This document shows positions 40,882 to 54,000 of a stretch of DNA of 64,000 bases, piece after piece. The stretch is from contig CM022665.1 in assembly GCA_012295275.1 (NCBI GenBank), forward strand, positions 14,446,001 through 14,510,000, written 5' to 3'. Source of the stretch: Chrysomallon squamiferum. Its lineage: Eukaryota; Animalia; Mollusca. A program made the translations under genes and the position numbers. The stretch's first letter is position 1. Every line of letters begins with the position of its first letter. Below the pieces are notes generated by a model that did no database searches, was not told where the DNA came from, and saw nothing but the letters and a program-made list of their open reading frames with translations.

Positions 40882-43184
40882 CAGAGAGGCTGATAACTGT
40901 TTTTATAAACCTCCATTATCATTTTCTTTCAACAATGCATTTCAAAATTGATAAAATAAAATAATAATTAACAGATCGCATCGTAATTTTTCACACACAC
41001 ACACACACACACACATTATGTACGTTGCAATGTTTAAAATTTCATTTATGCATTACGTCCTTATCAACCCAAAGCAAATAGATTTTTCAAAAACAAGGAA
41101 GTTTCGAACGTCAGAGCCAGCGTTTTGTCAAAACCTTTCATTGATGGATGGCAGCTTATAAAGAAAACAGCAAGAATATAATTTACAGTAAACAGAAAAG
41201 ACAACTGTTTGAGAAGGTTATTACGTAGACAAATTATACAAAGAGAGGAAAAAACCCACATTAATCAGAAGATTAAATCAACTTCCTGGTACAGTAATAT
41301 AAATAATAACATTAAAATTATTTGTCGAGTGAATGACGTTAGCGTTGTGTTCAGTAATCTCAAAGCACATAACAAAAATTATTATTGCTTTTAGATTTCC
41401 TTTATTTAAATAAAATTGATTTTGAACTGGTACTGAATTAATGATTAGAGAAAAATAAAATAAAATAGTAAAGGATGTTGGCAGTAAGACATTTTAATTA
41501 TTGTAATAATAATAATAATAGTAAATAAATACAATTAGTCGTATATATACATCCTTTTTAAATACATATACATAAAAAAAAATTAAAGTAAATAGGAAAA
41601 ACAACAGAATATTTCACATTTTAAGATTTTTACAAAATTCAAGGAAAATTTGTTTTCTTAAATCCTCAGATTTTTTCCTGCTAAGGCATCAAACACACGA
41701 GTGTAAAAACGAGACCGTTCTGTTACGGATTTTCTTCTTTCGGTTTGTTAAACAAAGCATCTTTTTCCGTAGACAGTCATACTTGTTTAACGTAATCCGC
41801 TCGTCTCAGCCAATTGCCATGTGAACGAGAACTTTGACCCGATCCCCATATTTCCAGGAACACGCCGTTTTCTTAGTTGATGTGAAAATAATACAACTTA
41901 CGTACCGTTTGCCTTGTCATAGCGATATGTTGACGTCACGGTTGATGTCAATAAACAGACTTCGTACAGTGCTTGCAGCAATGTAAACTATTGTGAATGA
42001 CAGCAAAGGTAGATAAATAATTACATGAAATAATGTGGAATTTAATATTGCGTTCTGTACAGTTTTGTCGTGTGTTTGATGAATGTTTACTTGTATTATA
42101 AGAAAATTGCATTTATTTATTTATTCTGAAAGAAATAATAATAATGATGATGATGATGATGGTGAAGGTTACTGTTGTTTTTAAAATTATTTAAAAAAAA
42201 AGCAAAAAAAAAAAAAAAAAAAAAAAACCCACATAATTATTAAATATTAAATGAGGTAAATAATCTGTTTGATAAACTGTGTAAATAAATATATATACAT
42301 GTATATAAAAGTATTAAATGATCGATATTATTAATCCCTTATCAGCATCATAAATTAATTATTGATTATTACGATTAGGCTTACTATTAATTAATTACCT
42401 CTGATAATATTAACTGATATTCCTTCTCATATTTTCATCATTATCCTAACCATCATCATCATCATCATTATTATTACTAAAAGAGAGCTAAAGACATATA
42501 TTTACTATATTTTTCGCTGTTAAAAGTAAACTGAAAAAGAAAATCATGATTACCATCTGCTTGTATTAAATACGTAAATATATTCTATTCTTTAAACAAA
42601 AACAAAACCCCACGTAAACATACTTCGATCTATTAAGGGCGTACCTATTCTAGTTACTACTGCTAATTTAATAATGTTTGTAAAAACACGTTTAAATTTT
42701 ATCCAGAGTATTTTTAACTTTCTAGCTACAAAGAAGACACTTAAGAAACGAAACTCCACGCTAAAAATAGACACATTTAACCCGAGGAAGTGTTTGTGCA
42801 TGGGTGACATACAAATATTTGGAATAGTCGTGAAGCCTTCGCCCACAGTTCATATGTAAATTACCTGTACCCACCCAACCACCCACCCGGCAATAAAAAT
42901 ATTTTTTAACCCCAACAAATGTAATAACAGTGTACATTCTTGGCGGAAAAAATATCACATGTGTTTATTTATATATATGCCGTGACAGTTAGTAACCTCA
43001 CCGCCAAAATTAATAACAAAATGGCTGATGTAATGCCAGATACATATTTGTGGTTGGTTACTGAAGCATTATATTACACTATCAAAATATAATGAAGAGT
43101 CTGTATCTAAAAGTGGTTTTACGTTAACAGCGTAGCTGTTTATATATATATATTTACGTAAGTTCGATGAAACATTTCAAAGTA

Positions 43185-43235
<51 letters not shown>

Positions 43236-44045
43236 GAAAAGATATAATAAATAAATACATAATGCGTAAAAATATGACTACATTTTATATTAAACAAATA
43301 TCACTCTATTATATTTTACGTCTGGATGGAAAAACCTGCTGCTAATAACGGGGAATAAAAAAGGATGAATATATTTACATCAGCTTTTATTTTCACAAAG
43401 TAGAGAATAAAAATAGACTTTAAATACAAGTGTATTTTACCTATTAGTATAGTACTCGAGAAGGAGTGTAATAAACAAAACATGCATGAATCATAGACAA
43501 AAATAATAAATCCAAAAAGTCAACAAACAACAACGAAAACAAACAACAAAAAACAACAACAACAAATAACACCCCCCCCAACAAAAAAACACATCCTGTG
43601 ATCATAATAATAACAGTTGTAACAGTAATTATTATGATGATGCATTGATGGTATACTATTACTTGTTTACTACTAATACTAGTCAGTCTACTGTTAATTA
43701 TAATATTAACTAATTTTAACTTCTAAATATAATACTGAGTATTTTTTTTTTTTTTTTTTTTTTTTTAACATACTCTTTTGTTACAATAATAATATAATAA
43801 ATTATTATTCTTGTTTTGGAAAGATTTGCAATGGCATGTCAGACTATCATTACTAATTTTTTTGGATGGCGTTTTGTAACGAAAACGTGCGAAGTTTTCC
43901 GACTGTAAATAAATGGTTTTGTTCTTTTTTGATTCTGAAACCGGATTCAGTGTCTCGTACGTGATTACATCTGTCATGGCGGCGCCCGTGAAAGGCAGTG
44001 CGTGAGAGGTTTTAACAATTAATACATGGCTTTTAGTTATTTATA

Positions 44046-47000
44046 ATGATAAGAGTTTTGTGTTTGCGCCGAGTCTGGGGCTCGTCCCAACTCAGCATCA
44101 TCAAGACCATAAAATCAACAAGAATTTCCGTTTCCAATAATGTTTTGATCTTCAAATGTCGTTGGTACACGCCGACAAGTGCACAGCACGAAGATATGTC
44201 AAAAATTAGAAATATCGGAATCATGGCACATATTGATGCTGGTAAAACAACCACAACGGAGAGAATGCTTTATTACTCAGGTTTAACCAGGCATTTAGGT
44301 AATTTCTTTTAATATATGCATTTAATTACTCAGATTATTTTTGTACGGATGTTTATCTGCATACATGATACAGCACAGATTATGATTTAAGTTTTAACAC
44401 ATTAAGTTCATTAACATTTATTCACGGATGTATTTGTTAGCATAATGCGACAAACATATGTAAATAAATTAATTGTTAGCACAAATTGAGATATATAGTA
44501 TAATATAGTATACTTTTTTCTCTCATATAATTATACTAAAATAATGTTTTGTTTCAAAGTCTAAGCATACTAGTGTATTTGATTTAAATTTTTAACCTGA
44601 TATGCTAGACTAAAAATTATTACAAATGTGTTTTAAAAATTTATATAATTTCATGTTTATTCTTATTAACAATCTATATTTTAAAATGAAATATTTTTTT
44701 ATTTTCAGGTGATGTGGATGATGGAGACACTGTCATGGATTACATGACACAGGAACGAGAAAGAGGCATAACCATAACATCAGCTGCCATCACTTTCCAT
44801 TGGAAAAATCACAAAGTGAATCTCATTGACACGCCTGGTAATGATAAGCACATACATATTAATAATAAACATAACCTTATTAAATCACTGTTATATGTCA
44901 TTAAAATTACAGTAATACAAACACAAACAAAACAGCCTGTTAATAAGAAGAAAGTCCAAAAATCATAAAAATCATATTACTGAATCTTTATTATAATAAA
45001 TGTTGAAAATACTGAACTGAAATGCTGAGGTTCAGAAGTGTTAACAATTTGAACAGGAGCAAAGGCTAAATATATAGTGTATACAGGCAGTTTTAAATAA
45101 TTTGGTGTGTGAAATAAACCATCCAAAAACTATAATGTATCAGTATATTGGTAGGCTGAAGACACTTCTGGATTTCTGATTTCAATTTTAGTACTCTTGA
45201 CTTTACAATGATATATATATGTATACATTATTTAACAGACTACAAATTATTCTTTGTTAATTGTTGAAGGGGAATAACTCTTAAAACTTTTCTTATAGGA
45301 TTCTTTATCTGTTCTAGTTTGAACAGATCCTATATAGTCTGTCACAAATGTTGTTGTTGATTTGTTTTACATTTTGAGAAATATTTACAGGTCATGTTGA
45401 CTTCACTGTGGAAGTTGAAAGGTCTCTGCGTGTGTTGGATGGAGCTGTAGCCGTTCTTGATGCTTCAGCAGGTAAACAATATATTTTCTTTGTATTAAAT
45501 TATAATGAAATTTAGCAACATTTTAACTGATTTTGATATTAACAGTTAGTTTCTATAAAAAAAAAATATATATATATTTGTTATAGTGACTCTGTGAGAG
45601 AGTAAACACATTTCTTGTCATAGTGTGTCCTACTTTTACAAACGTTTTATTATAGAGATGGTAGCACATAGTTTGCTTTTTACTAAAATAGGGATTAATT
45701 TAAATGGCTCAGAAATGAGATCACTACTCTTCCCCTGAATTACATCCAGTTTTTCCTTTCTTTTAATTAAGATTTAATAGTTTCAGTTAATTTTAATACT
45801 TCATTAAAAGAAAAGAAATGTTGTCAACGCATGAGTATTTTTCAAATATGAACACAAAAAAAAAGTTCTTGTAATTTTAATTTTATTTTATTTAAAATGT
45901 TTTTATTTATTTACAGGAGTAGAAGCTCAAACACTAACAGTTTGGAGACAAGCTGACCGTTATTCAGTACCTCGAATTGTATACTTAAACAAAATGGACA
46001 AAACTGGTGCAAATGTTGATTACTGTCTGACATCACTGAAAAAAAAACTTCATGTTGAACCACTTCTTTTAAATACTCCAGTTGGAATTGAGAAACAGTT
46101 TAAGGGTGTTGTGGACATCATAACCATGGAGAAACTTATCTGGAACTCAAAAACATATGAAGATGGGGCAGAATTTGTAAAAGATCCATTAACTCAATCA
46201 GACGGCTTGTTGTACGCAAATGCATTAAAAGCAAGACAGCTTCTGATTGGTCAGCTGGCAGATATTGATGATAATGTAGCTGATTTGATCTTAGCTGATG
46301 CCCAAGTTGATGATATTAAGAGTGATGTTGTTTACCGAGCAGTGAGACAGGCAACACTGAAACAAAAAGCTGTTCCTGTTTTCTGTGGAAGTTCACTCAA
46401 AAACAAAGGTGTTCAGCCCCTTCTCGATGCTATCAATTATTACTTACCAAGTCCGATGGAGGTCCATCATGGATTTGTAGACTTCTATGGCACCAATCTG
46501 TGTGCCTTGGCATTTAAAGTCATACACAATAAACAGAGAGGACCTCTGACATTTCTGCGCTTGTATTCAGGAGCACTGAAAAGTGGATCAACTGTTTATA
46601 ACATCAACCGAGATGTTACAGAGAAAACAAGTAGAGTTTTGCAAGTTTATGCAGATGATTTTAAAGATATGTCTACTGCTGTTGCAGGGAATATTGTTCT
46701 GGTTGCTGGCTTGAAGCAGGTAAGTTGGTGTAGATGATATAAATAGTCAAAAAATGCTATAAAATACATTTATGAATATTTACTTATATTTGATTCCTCC
46801 CTTAGATTTTATTTTAAAAACAGTATATTTTATTACAGTAGTTTTAATAATAATATATTTTGTCAAAATCATGTTTGGATTTAATACTGATATATATCTA
46901 ATATGATAATAATAATGTAACACCATTAAAAAAAAAAAAAAAAAAATTATTATTATTATTTATTAATACTTACCATTGAATGAGTAAAATTAGTATTTTC

Positions 47001-50000
47001 ACACATGCACCACTTCTAGCACACACTAATGCATACATACATTCATACATGGGAACAAAATAATGATCAGTTTTTGTAAAAGTAACTTTCATTCATACAC
47101 GAAAAACACTAATCAACAAAATGTTTTAAATAAAACAAAATAATAGCCTCTATTGTTGTAAAACTAACATATGTTATTTTACCTACAGACTTTCACAGGT
47201 GATACCATTACAAACCACCAGTTAGCAGCAAAATCAGCAGCCAAAGCTTACCAGCATTCAAAACAATCATCTGGTGATACCAAAGACCAACATGAAGCAC
47301 CAGTACTAGCTGGGGTGGAGGTCCCAACACCAGTTTTCTTTTGCTCAGTTGAGCCCCCTACAATGGCAGTTCAGAAGCAGATGGAGTTTGCTTTAGAGTG
47401 TTTGCAGAAAGAGGATCCAAGCTTGAAGGTACAGAAATAAAACTTCTCTGTCTTTGTTAAATCTGTTTTTCATTCATGTGTATTAAAAAGGCATCAGTGA
47501 GTAATATTTTAACAAACTATATATAAAAACTTTATATGATCACAAACAAGACATTTTGATGATGCCCTAGTTTGATAGTGGCTTGCTCTAACTTGGTTTA
47601 AATACTATTATTATTTTGTTGTTTGTTTGTTGGACTTTTTACAGTCACATTTGCATCATCATTTTAAAGTCATTATTAATTTCAGAAATGCCTGCAGCTG
47701 GTTTTCTCTTCGATGTTTTATTTTTATTTTTTTTAAATTTTGAAACAGTAACATTATCCTTTCAGACTTGAATTACTAGTTATTATTATTGTTGGTATTT
47801 TTAACAGTTACAGTTAGTTAATCCTATTCTACTGTTTTTATCAGGTAGATATTGACAAGGACACTGGTCAGACCATCCTGTCTGGAATGGGAGAACTACA
47901 TCTAGACATTATCAAGTCTAGAATTGCTAATGAGTATGGTGTTGAAGTAGATCTTGGTCCACTGCAGATTGCTTACAGGTTATTTATTTATTCATTCTTT
48001 CTTTCTTTCTTTCTTTCTTTCTTATTTCTGTTCTTACTGTTACATAAAATAATTAGGTGGAATGTTAATTATCATCAATGGTTATACATAACAAACAAAA
48101 AAACACAAAAAACTGAAAAAATAGACTAATAATTAATATAATTTTAACCTAGCTATCTCAAGCAAAAAAGAAATAATTGTTCAACGAACTGGAAAATATA
48201 CATCTGTTTAGAAGGTCAAGATAACATGTATGCTTGGTTTCTATAATAATAAATTAGATATATAACCAAAATTTAGGTCATGACAATATTATTTAGTGGA
48301 TTTCATGAGAATAGGGTAATGGGAATTGAAATACATTATCTATCCAATTTTTGTGTATTAATGTTAATGATGGTGATGATGATACATTAGTAGTAGTAAT
48401 AAACTTTAATTTTCATTAGAAACATTTTGGTTGAAGCATAATATCTTTAAAAATAGTAATAACTATTATTTATAATAAACTGTCAAAATAGGGAATCTGC
48501 CACTCAGAGCACTGAAGTGGAGGAAATTCTTGACAAGAAGATTGGTGACAGACATCATCTGGTAAAAATGAAGCTCTCGGTTTGCCCAGATCCAAATACA
48601 CCAGAGTTCAAACATGTCACAGTTGTGTCAACAAGGGAAGATAAGCTGGATCATATAAAGAAACATCATTTGAAAGCAATAGACAGTGGAATTCAGTCAG
48701 GCGTGATAAATGGTAAATTTATATATGTATCTCCCTCTCTCTATATACATGTGTGTATGTTGTTAATAATATCATTATGGATTTGTATATTTTTACATGA
48801 ACTTAAGTTTATGTTGAATACACTTTGTAAATTGAAGTTTAAATTAAAAAGCAGATTAAATTGTGAATTGTTTCTAACGATCCTATTTTTAAAATTTATT
48901 TTCTACTATCTTTGATATTAATATATTTGAAACAGAGTTTGAGAACATTAGATTTCATTCTTTTTTTTATTATAATTACCACATTAATTATATATTTACT
49001 ACACATTGTTAGAAATTTATTTAATTTTCTTTTTTCAAGAATAAATTATCTTCTCATTATTTATTGTTTAACAAAATGTACCACTGCTTTACTCTGATTC
49101 ACTCTTTATTACTCTTTACTGAATAATTATTTACAGGTCCAGTATTAAACTTTCCAGTTATAAATGTAGGAGTCAAACTCCACAGTTTTCAACTGGGACC
49201 AGCCACATCAATGGCCATGGTCACTGCCTGTGCTGCCCAGTGTGTCCACAAAGCTCTCAAACAAGCTAACACAGTTCTCTTAGAACCTATGATGATTCTG
49301 GAGGTATGATTTTAAGCCATTAACTGCTAAAGGTTTGGTATCCCATTTATTGTTAGAATATAAAAAGAAGGAAAACAATAGTCAGATGGTATTGTTAGAA
49401 ACAATATAAAAAAATTAAGACCTGTTAACATCCTGATGCAGGTTTACTAACAGGAAAATGAGGAGAAATATTAAATATTAATATATATGCAAACTGTTGT
49501 CATAGAAAATTTGGATATTAAAGAAACACAGGACTTGAAACTGGAATTTTAATTCTTCTCAAACAGTAGCAGTATTTAACAACAAAGATAAACACATTTC
49601 AAGATGAAATTGTTTTAAATTTACAAGGATATTGAGTATAAGAATATTATTCTCATAATCAGTTGATTAATCAATTTTATTTGTTTTAATTTTTAAGATA
49701 GATTGACTGATTGATTTTAATTTGTTCACTTCAGATAAATACTGACGAAGACAAACTACATGCAATTCTTGGTGACCTTGCTCAACGACGAGGTCAGGTC
49801 AAGGACATGCAGAGTCGATATGACACCAGGGTCATCACAGCAATAACTCCACTGGCTGAACTGATGGGCTACTCCACAGCCATTCGAACACTAAGCTCTG
49901 GCACTGCAACGTTCACCATGGAGTTGTCTCATTATGAACAAATGACACCGCAAGAACAAGCCAAGGCTATTGAACGTGTTACAGGATTTGCTCCCATAGC

Positions 50001-50004
50001 ATAA
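44046..50004 (+). CDS. GFM2: Ribosome-releasing factor 2, mitochondrial (EF-G2mt / RRF2mt), ~765 aa
   Basis: Exons 44046-44298, 44709-44837, 45391-45471, 45917-46719, 47189-47428, 47845-47978, 48492-48712, 49137-49303, 49735-50004, all GT-AG and in phase. Arg/Ser-rich presequence; [99 protein letters not shown], typical of EF-G2mt. Confidence 0.96.
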
Positions 50005-50097
50005 CTACCTCCCATGTAGTTCTATCCGTTTTAGGATAAATTATTTCAGAAACTTTTGCTTAAGGACAAATTGATAAAAAAAATAATGCCAATATTA

Positions 50098-50103
50098 AAT
50101 AAA
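50098..50103 (+). terminator. Candidate polyadenylation signal of GFM2
   Basis: AATAAA ~95 bp after the stop followed by T/GT-rich sequence; a second AATAAA lies near 50176. Confidence 0.35.
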
Positions 50104-51003
50104 GTAAGTATTTTGTAGTTTTTATCTCTTTTACACCAAGGATATTAATATCAAATTTCTTCTTTTTTTTGTTGTAATAAAATGAAAATTTGTATATATT
50201 TTTTTTTAAGGTGAGTGATACAATTAACAAAAATTACTCCATTATAACAAGTTACAAAGAAAAATCACTGTATTTATTAAAAGGAATATCTGTGTATTTC
50301 TTGTTGTCATTTGTTTTTCAGTAAATAACATATCATTTATTCTTTGATACGGATGAAAGAAATTGTTAACTGGACAGTTATGTTGTTGTGATAGCTGTAG
50401 AGTCTAAGGATTGTTTCTGTTTCTTATTTTATAAAGAGATTTGCCTCAGTAAAATAATAACTTTACCTGAACAATTATATTTGTTGTTGCTGTAGAAGCA
50501 ATTGTCTATTTTTATTTTATCAAACAATACAATCATGATCTCTGTATATTTTAGAAAAGTGTTTTTTTTTTTAGTGATATTTAATATTTTTACTAAGTAT
50601 TGTTATTAGACTGGATCTTTAATAAAAATCATTTTCCACTTTTTATTCTTTGTTCATTTTTCACAGATATAAAAAGTTATGAAGTTTATTTAATATTAAA
50701 ATGATATAATATAAATAATCTGTAATTGTTCACTGCATTCATTTGAAACAAACTTTTTTTCTTCTTTCTCATCCATTGTTGGTTTTCAGTGGTTGAATCA
50801 TTTTTAAATGTCATTTATTTCCATATCACATTTTATTTGTGCCATAAACTGACTGTTGAGTATCATTTTGATATGGTAATGTCATCAGTTGATTCAACAT
50901 AATTCTTTCCTGTAATGTTTATTATTAACTGATTTAATATTTCATTCTTCAATTGTCATTAGATGATTCAGAATAATTTGGTACAGCAATGCCATCAAGT
51001 GAA

Positions 51004-54000
51004 TCAACATGACTCAGTGTGATCATCAGCTGTTTCTTCGTTAACTGATTTGGTGGTGATGGGAGCAGCTGGTTCTGAAGTCAGAAGAATGTCAACTTCT
51101 TCAACAGGAATCTGTATCCTAATTTCTTTCTCCATCATCAGATCCACTACCTCCTGCAGCTGTTCTGCTCCAAACACACTCACAGCATCCTTGTAGAGAA
51201 CCTGAATTAGCAAATCAATCAATCAATAATTAATCATTCAGTCAATGGTTCATTGATACATTAACACAGGCTAATAAAGGAAGGAAATCTTTTGGTTAGC
51301 TACCTTTATTATTCCAGTTGTGGAGGATTGGTTGAATGGGAAATTGTTCAAGAGGGATTGATCTGATAACTCACTGTACCTTGAGCAGATGGTCTATCAC
51401 TGAGTTATGTCTCTTAACTCTAGCAGTTGAATATTAATGGTTATTATTTGTCTAAAATGTTTCTTAATGCATAATGAAATCAGAGGAAACTACTTAATAC
51501 TGGCAGCAGTTCAAAGGTTTGATGTTCAAACCTCATTATTGATCCATTTCTCTTGTAGCTAATAACAAATGGCCTGTTTTTGTTTTATGTTTTCCAACAT
51601 CTGAAAAAATTGTCTGCAACTAATGAAAAATTCTTAATTTTTTCTTCTTCTACAAAGTCAGAAATTAATTGATAATGAGAACTCCAAAAAAACCCAACGT
51701 ATTTACAATGCTGATAAACTGTAAGCAATGTTTCAAACAGTAAAATAATAGAAGACACTGATTATATTTGTATTACAATATCAGTGTTATGACAAATAAC
51801 TTACTTTAGCCCAAGGACACTGCTGCAGAGAGCGATAAAAGATACCCTTTGCACGTTCTACACTCCCAAACTTGACCTACGGAAAAGGAAATAAAAAACA
51901 TTATTTTATTGTCCATAATGTTATTTCACAGAACTTGAATGCTACATGTGAAAAGTTGTTAGATGATTGATTAATACCTGCTCATTTGACTAAAAATATA
52001 TTCACAGAGGCAAATAAATAATTATTGAAACAGAAAGGGGAGATAATTGATGTTGCCTTTTACAAGATCTAATAATGCAAGGCATGGTCCAGGGTTTACA
52101 AAAATCTGCTAGTTAGTTATCATGATTTTAAGAATGAGCCAATGTTGTAAACCATTAAAAAAGAAAGAAAAAAAAGCATGTAAATAATATAATTATAAAA
52201 TATTAAATATGTTCTCTGTAAAGTGATATTATATCAGAGTGATTTAAATTTCAATCATCTTGAATTATACATGCTTAAATACAATAATGCATATTAAATG
52301 TACACTTTAATGCTAATCCTGGCATTAAACATCTCAAAACTGAATCCAAAGATAGAAGAATACACAATGGCATATCCTGCAAAATGCTTTGACAGTGTAG
52401 TTAAGTAAACAAACAGTTTTTAAAGATAACAAAAATCAAATATAAGAACAAATACAGTTTTAAAATATTATAGATTATCAACATGACCCATGAAGTGATG
52501 TCATCAAAATGATTAGAATCAGTTTTGTCATCAGGTGTTTCTTTTTGAACTGATTCAGCAGTGTTGGAAGCAGCAGAAGGTTCTGAAGTGAAATGTATGT
52601 CTGATTTTAAAACATACCTCAAACTGTATGTACAGTCTCCAGAGAAGTGGACAGTGTTCTGCAGTTTTGTTTTGTAATCCTCGCTCAAACAGAGACCTCA
52701 CTCTGTGAACTATACCAGTCTCCACTAACACAGCAACTTCTGAAAAACATTTAAAAAAAAAGTAAATGTTATTTATGACGTTTCTCCATGACTTAATACA
52801 TTGGGAGTTATTTCCAGAACAAAAATTTAATAAAAATATAAAGATACATTTTAATAAAGATATTAATTTTCTGCTGATATATTTTGTATTAATGTTAGGA
52901 TGATAAAAATATGACATTTTGTATTAATATTATAATCATATAAACAAAGATGATGCCAATAAGTTAAACTTTCCACACGGTCATAAAGTTTTTTTTAATT
53001 CTTTAAGCTGTCATGGCATACCAGACTTTAACCTTTCTTATTTTATTGTTTACAGAACAATTAGTGCAATTTATCATAGTACAGTAACCTTTTACCATAC
53101 CAGTTTCATTACTTAATGAATCTTGAATATCTTTCTGCCGCTGTATTTCAGTGGTAACAGCAAAAATCACGGGTATTGGAGATGAAAGGCGAGTGAGAGT
53201 TTTATCAAAATGACGTCTCAGTCTTCCTGATATGTGTGATCTAGATTCAACATCCACAAGACAGTCCAAAAACATAGGATTGTCAGGAAATTCTTCCAGA
53301 TTACTTTGCAGCACTAATCGTAATTTTCCCAAAGGCATAAATCTTGTGCTGAAGACATTTTGCACAAGTGTTAATTTTCTGCATAGGATTTCTTCTTTCA
53401 TCAGATGGAGAAATGGTTCATGTTTTTTATTGTCAACTTTCACATGAGTACACATTTCTGCAGCAGAATCAAAGAGCAAAAGAGCAGAGTCCATTCCTAA
53501 AGCACAAAGGTCAAAGGTTGCCATACACGAAAGATGATGAAGAAGACATTCCCCTGTCATGACATCTGGATCTTTATGGAAATTCTCCAGCATTTTGGAA
53601 TATTTTTCCTGAAAACGTTTTCTGATTTTCAAAATTTGGCTTCCAGAAATATCCACAGGAGATTCTGGTTTGAACTGGGAGCCATCTGCCAAAAATGACA
53701 AACAGGAAATCACACGATCTTTTGTAGAATCGAAAACAGATGTGTCCTTTGAGCATCCAAGGACAACAGAATTTTGAGGACTGAAACCAAGGACTATATC
53801 ACAGTATGTCTGATACAACAAGCACAGACCAGGATACTGTTCATCTTCACCTTTCCCTGAAAACATTTGTAAAGCAGTTTCTAAAACTCCTATAGCTTCT
53901 TTTTTCTTTCCCATCTTCCATTCCAGTCTTGCATAAGCATTCCATAAGACCAGGTTGTTTCGGTTATGTTTTTCCTTGAGAATATTTTTGACAAATTTTC

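Noticed and set aside
47550-47620. C-box-like TGATGA in a GFM2 intron (snoRNA?)
   Set aside because: No D box (CTGA) or terminal stem at a suitable distance.
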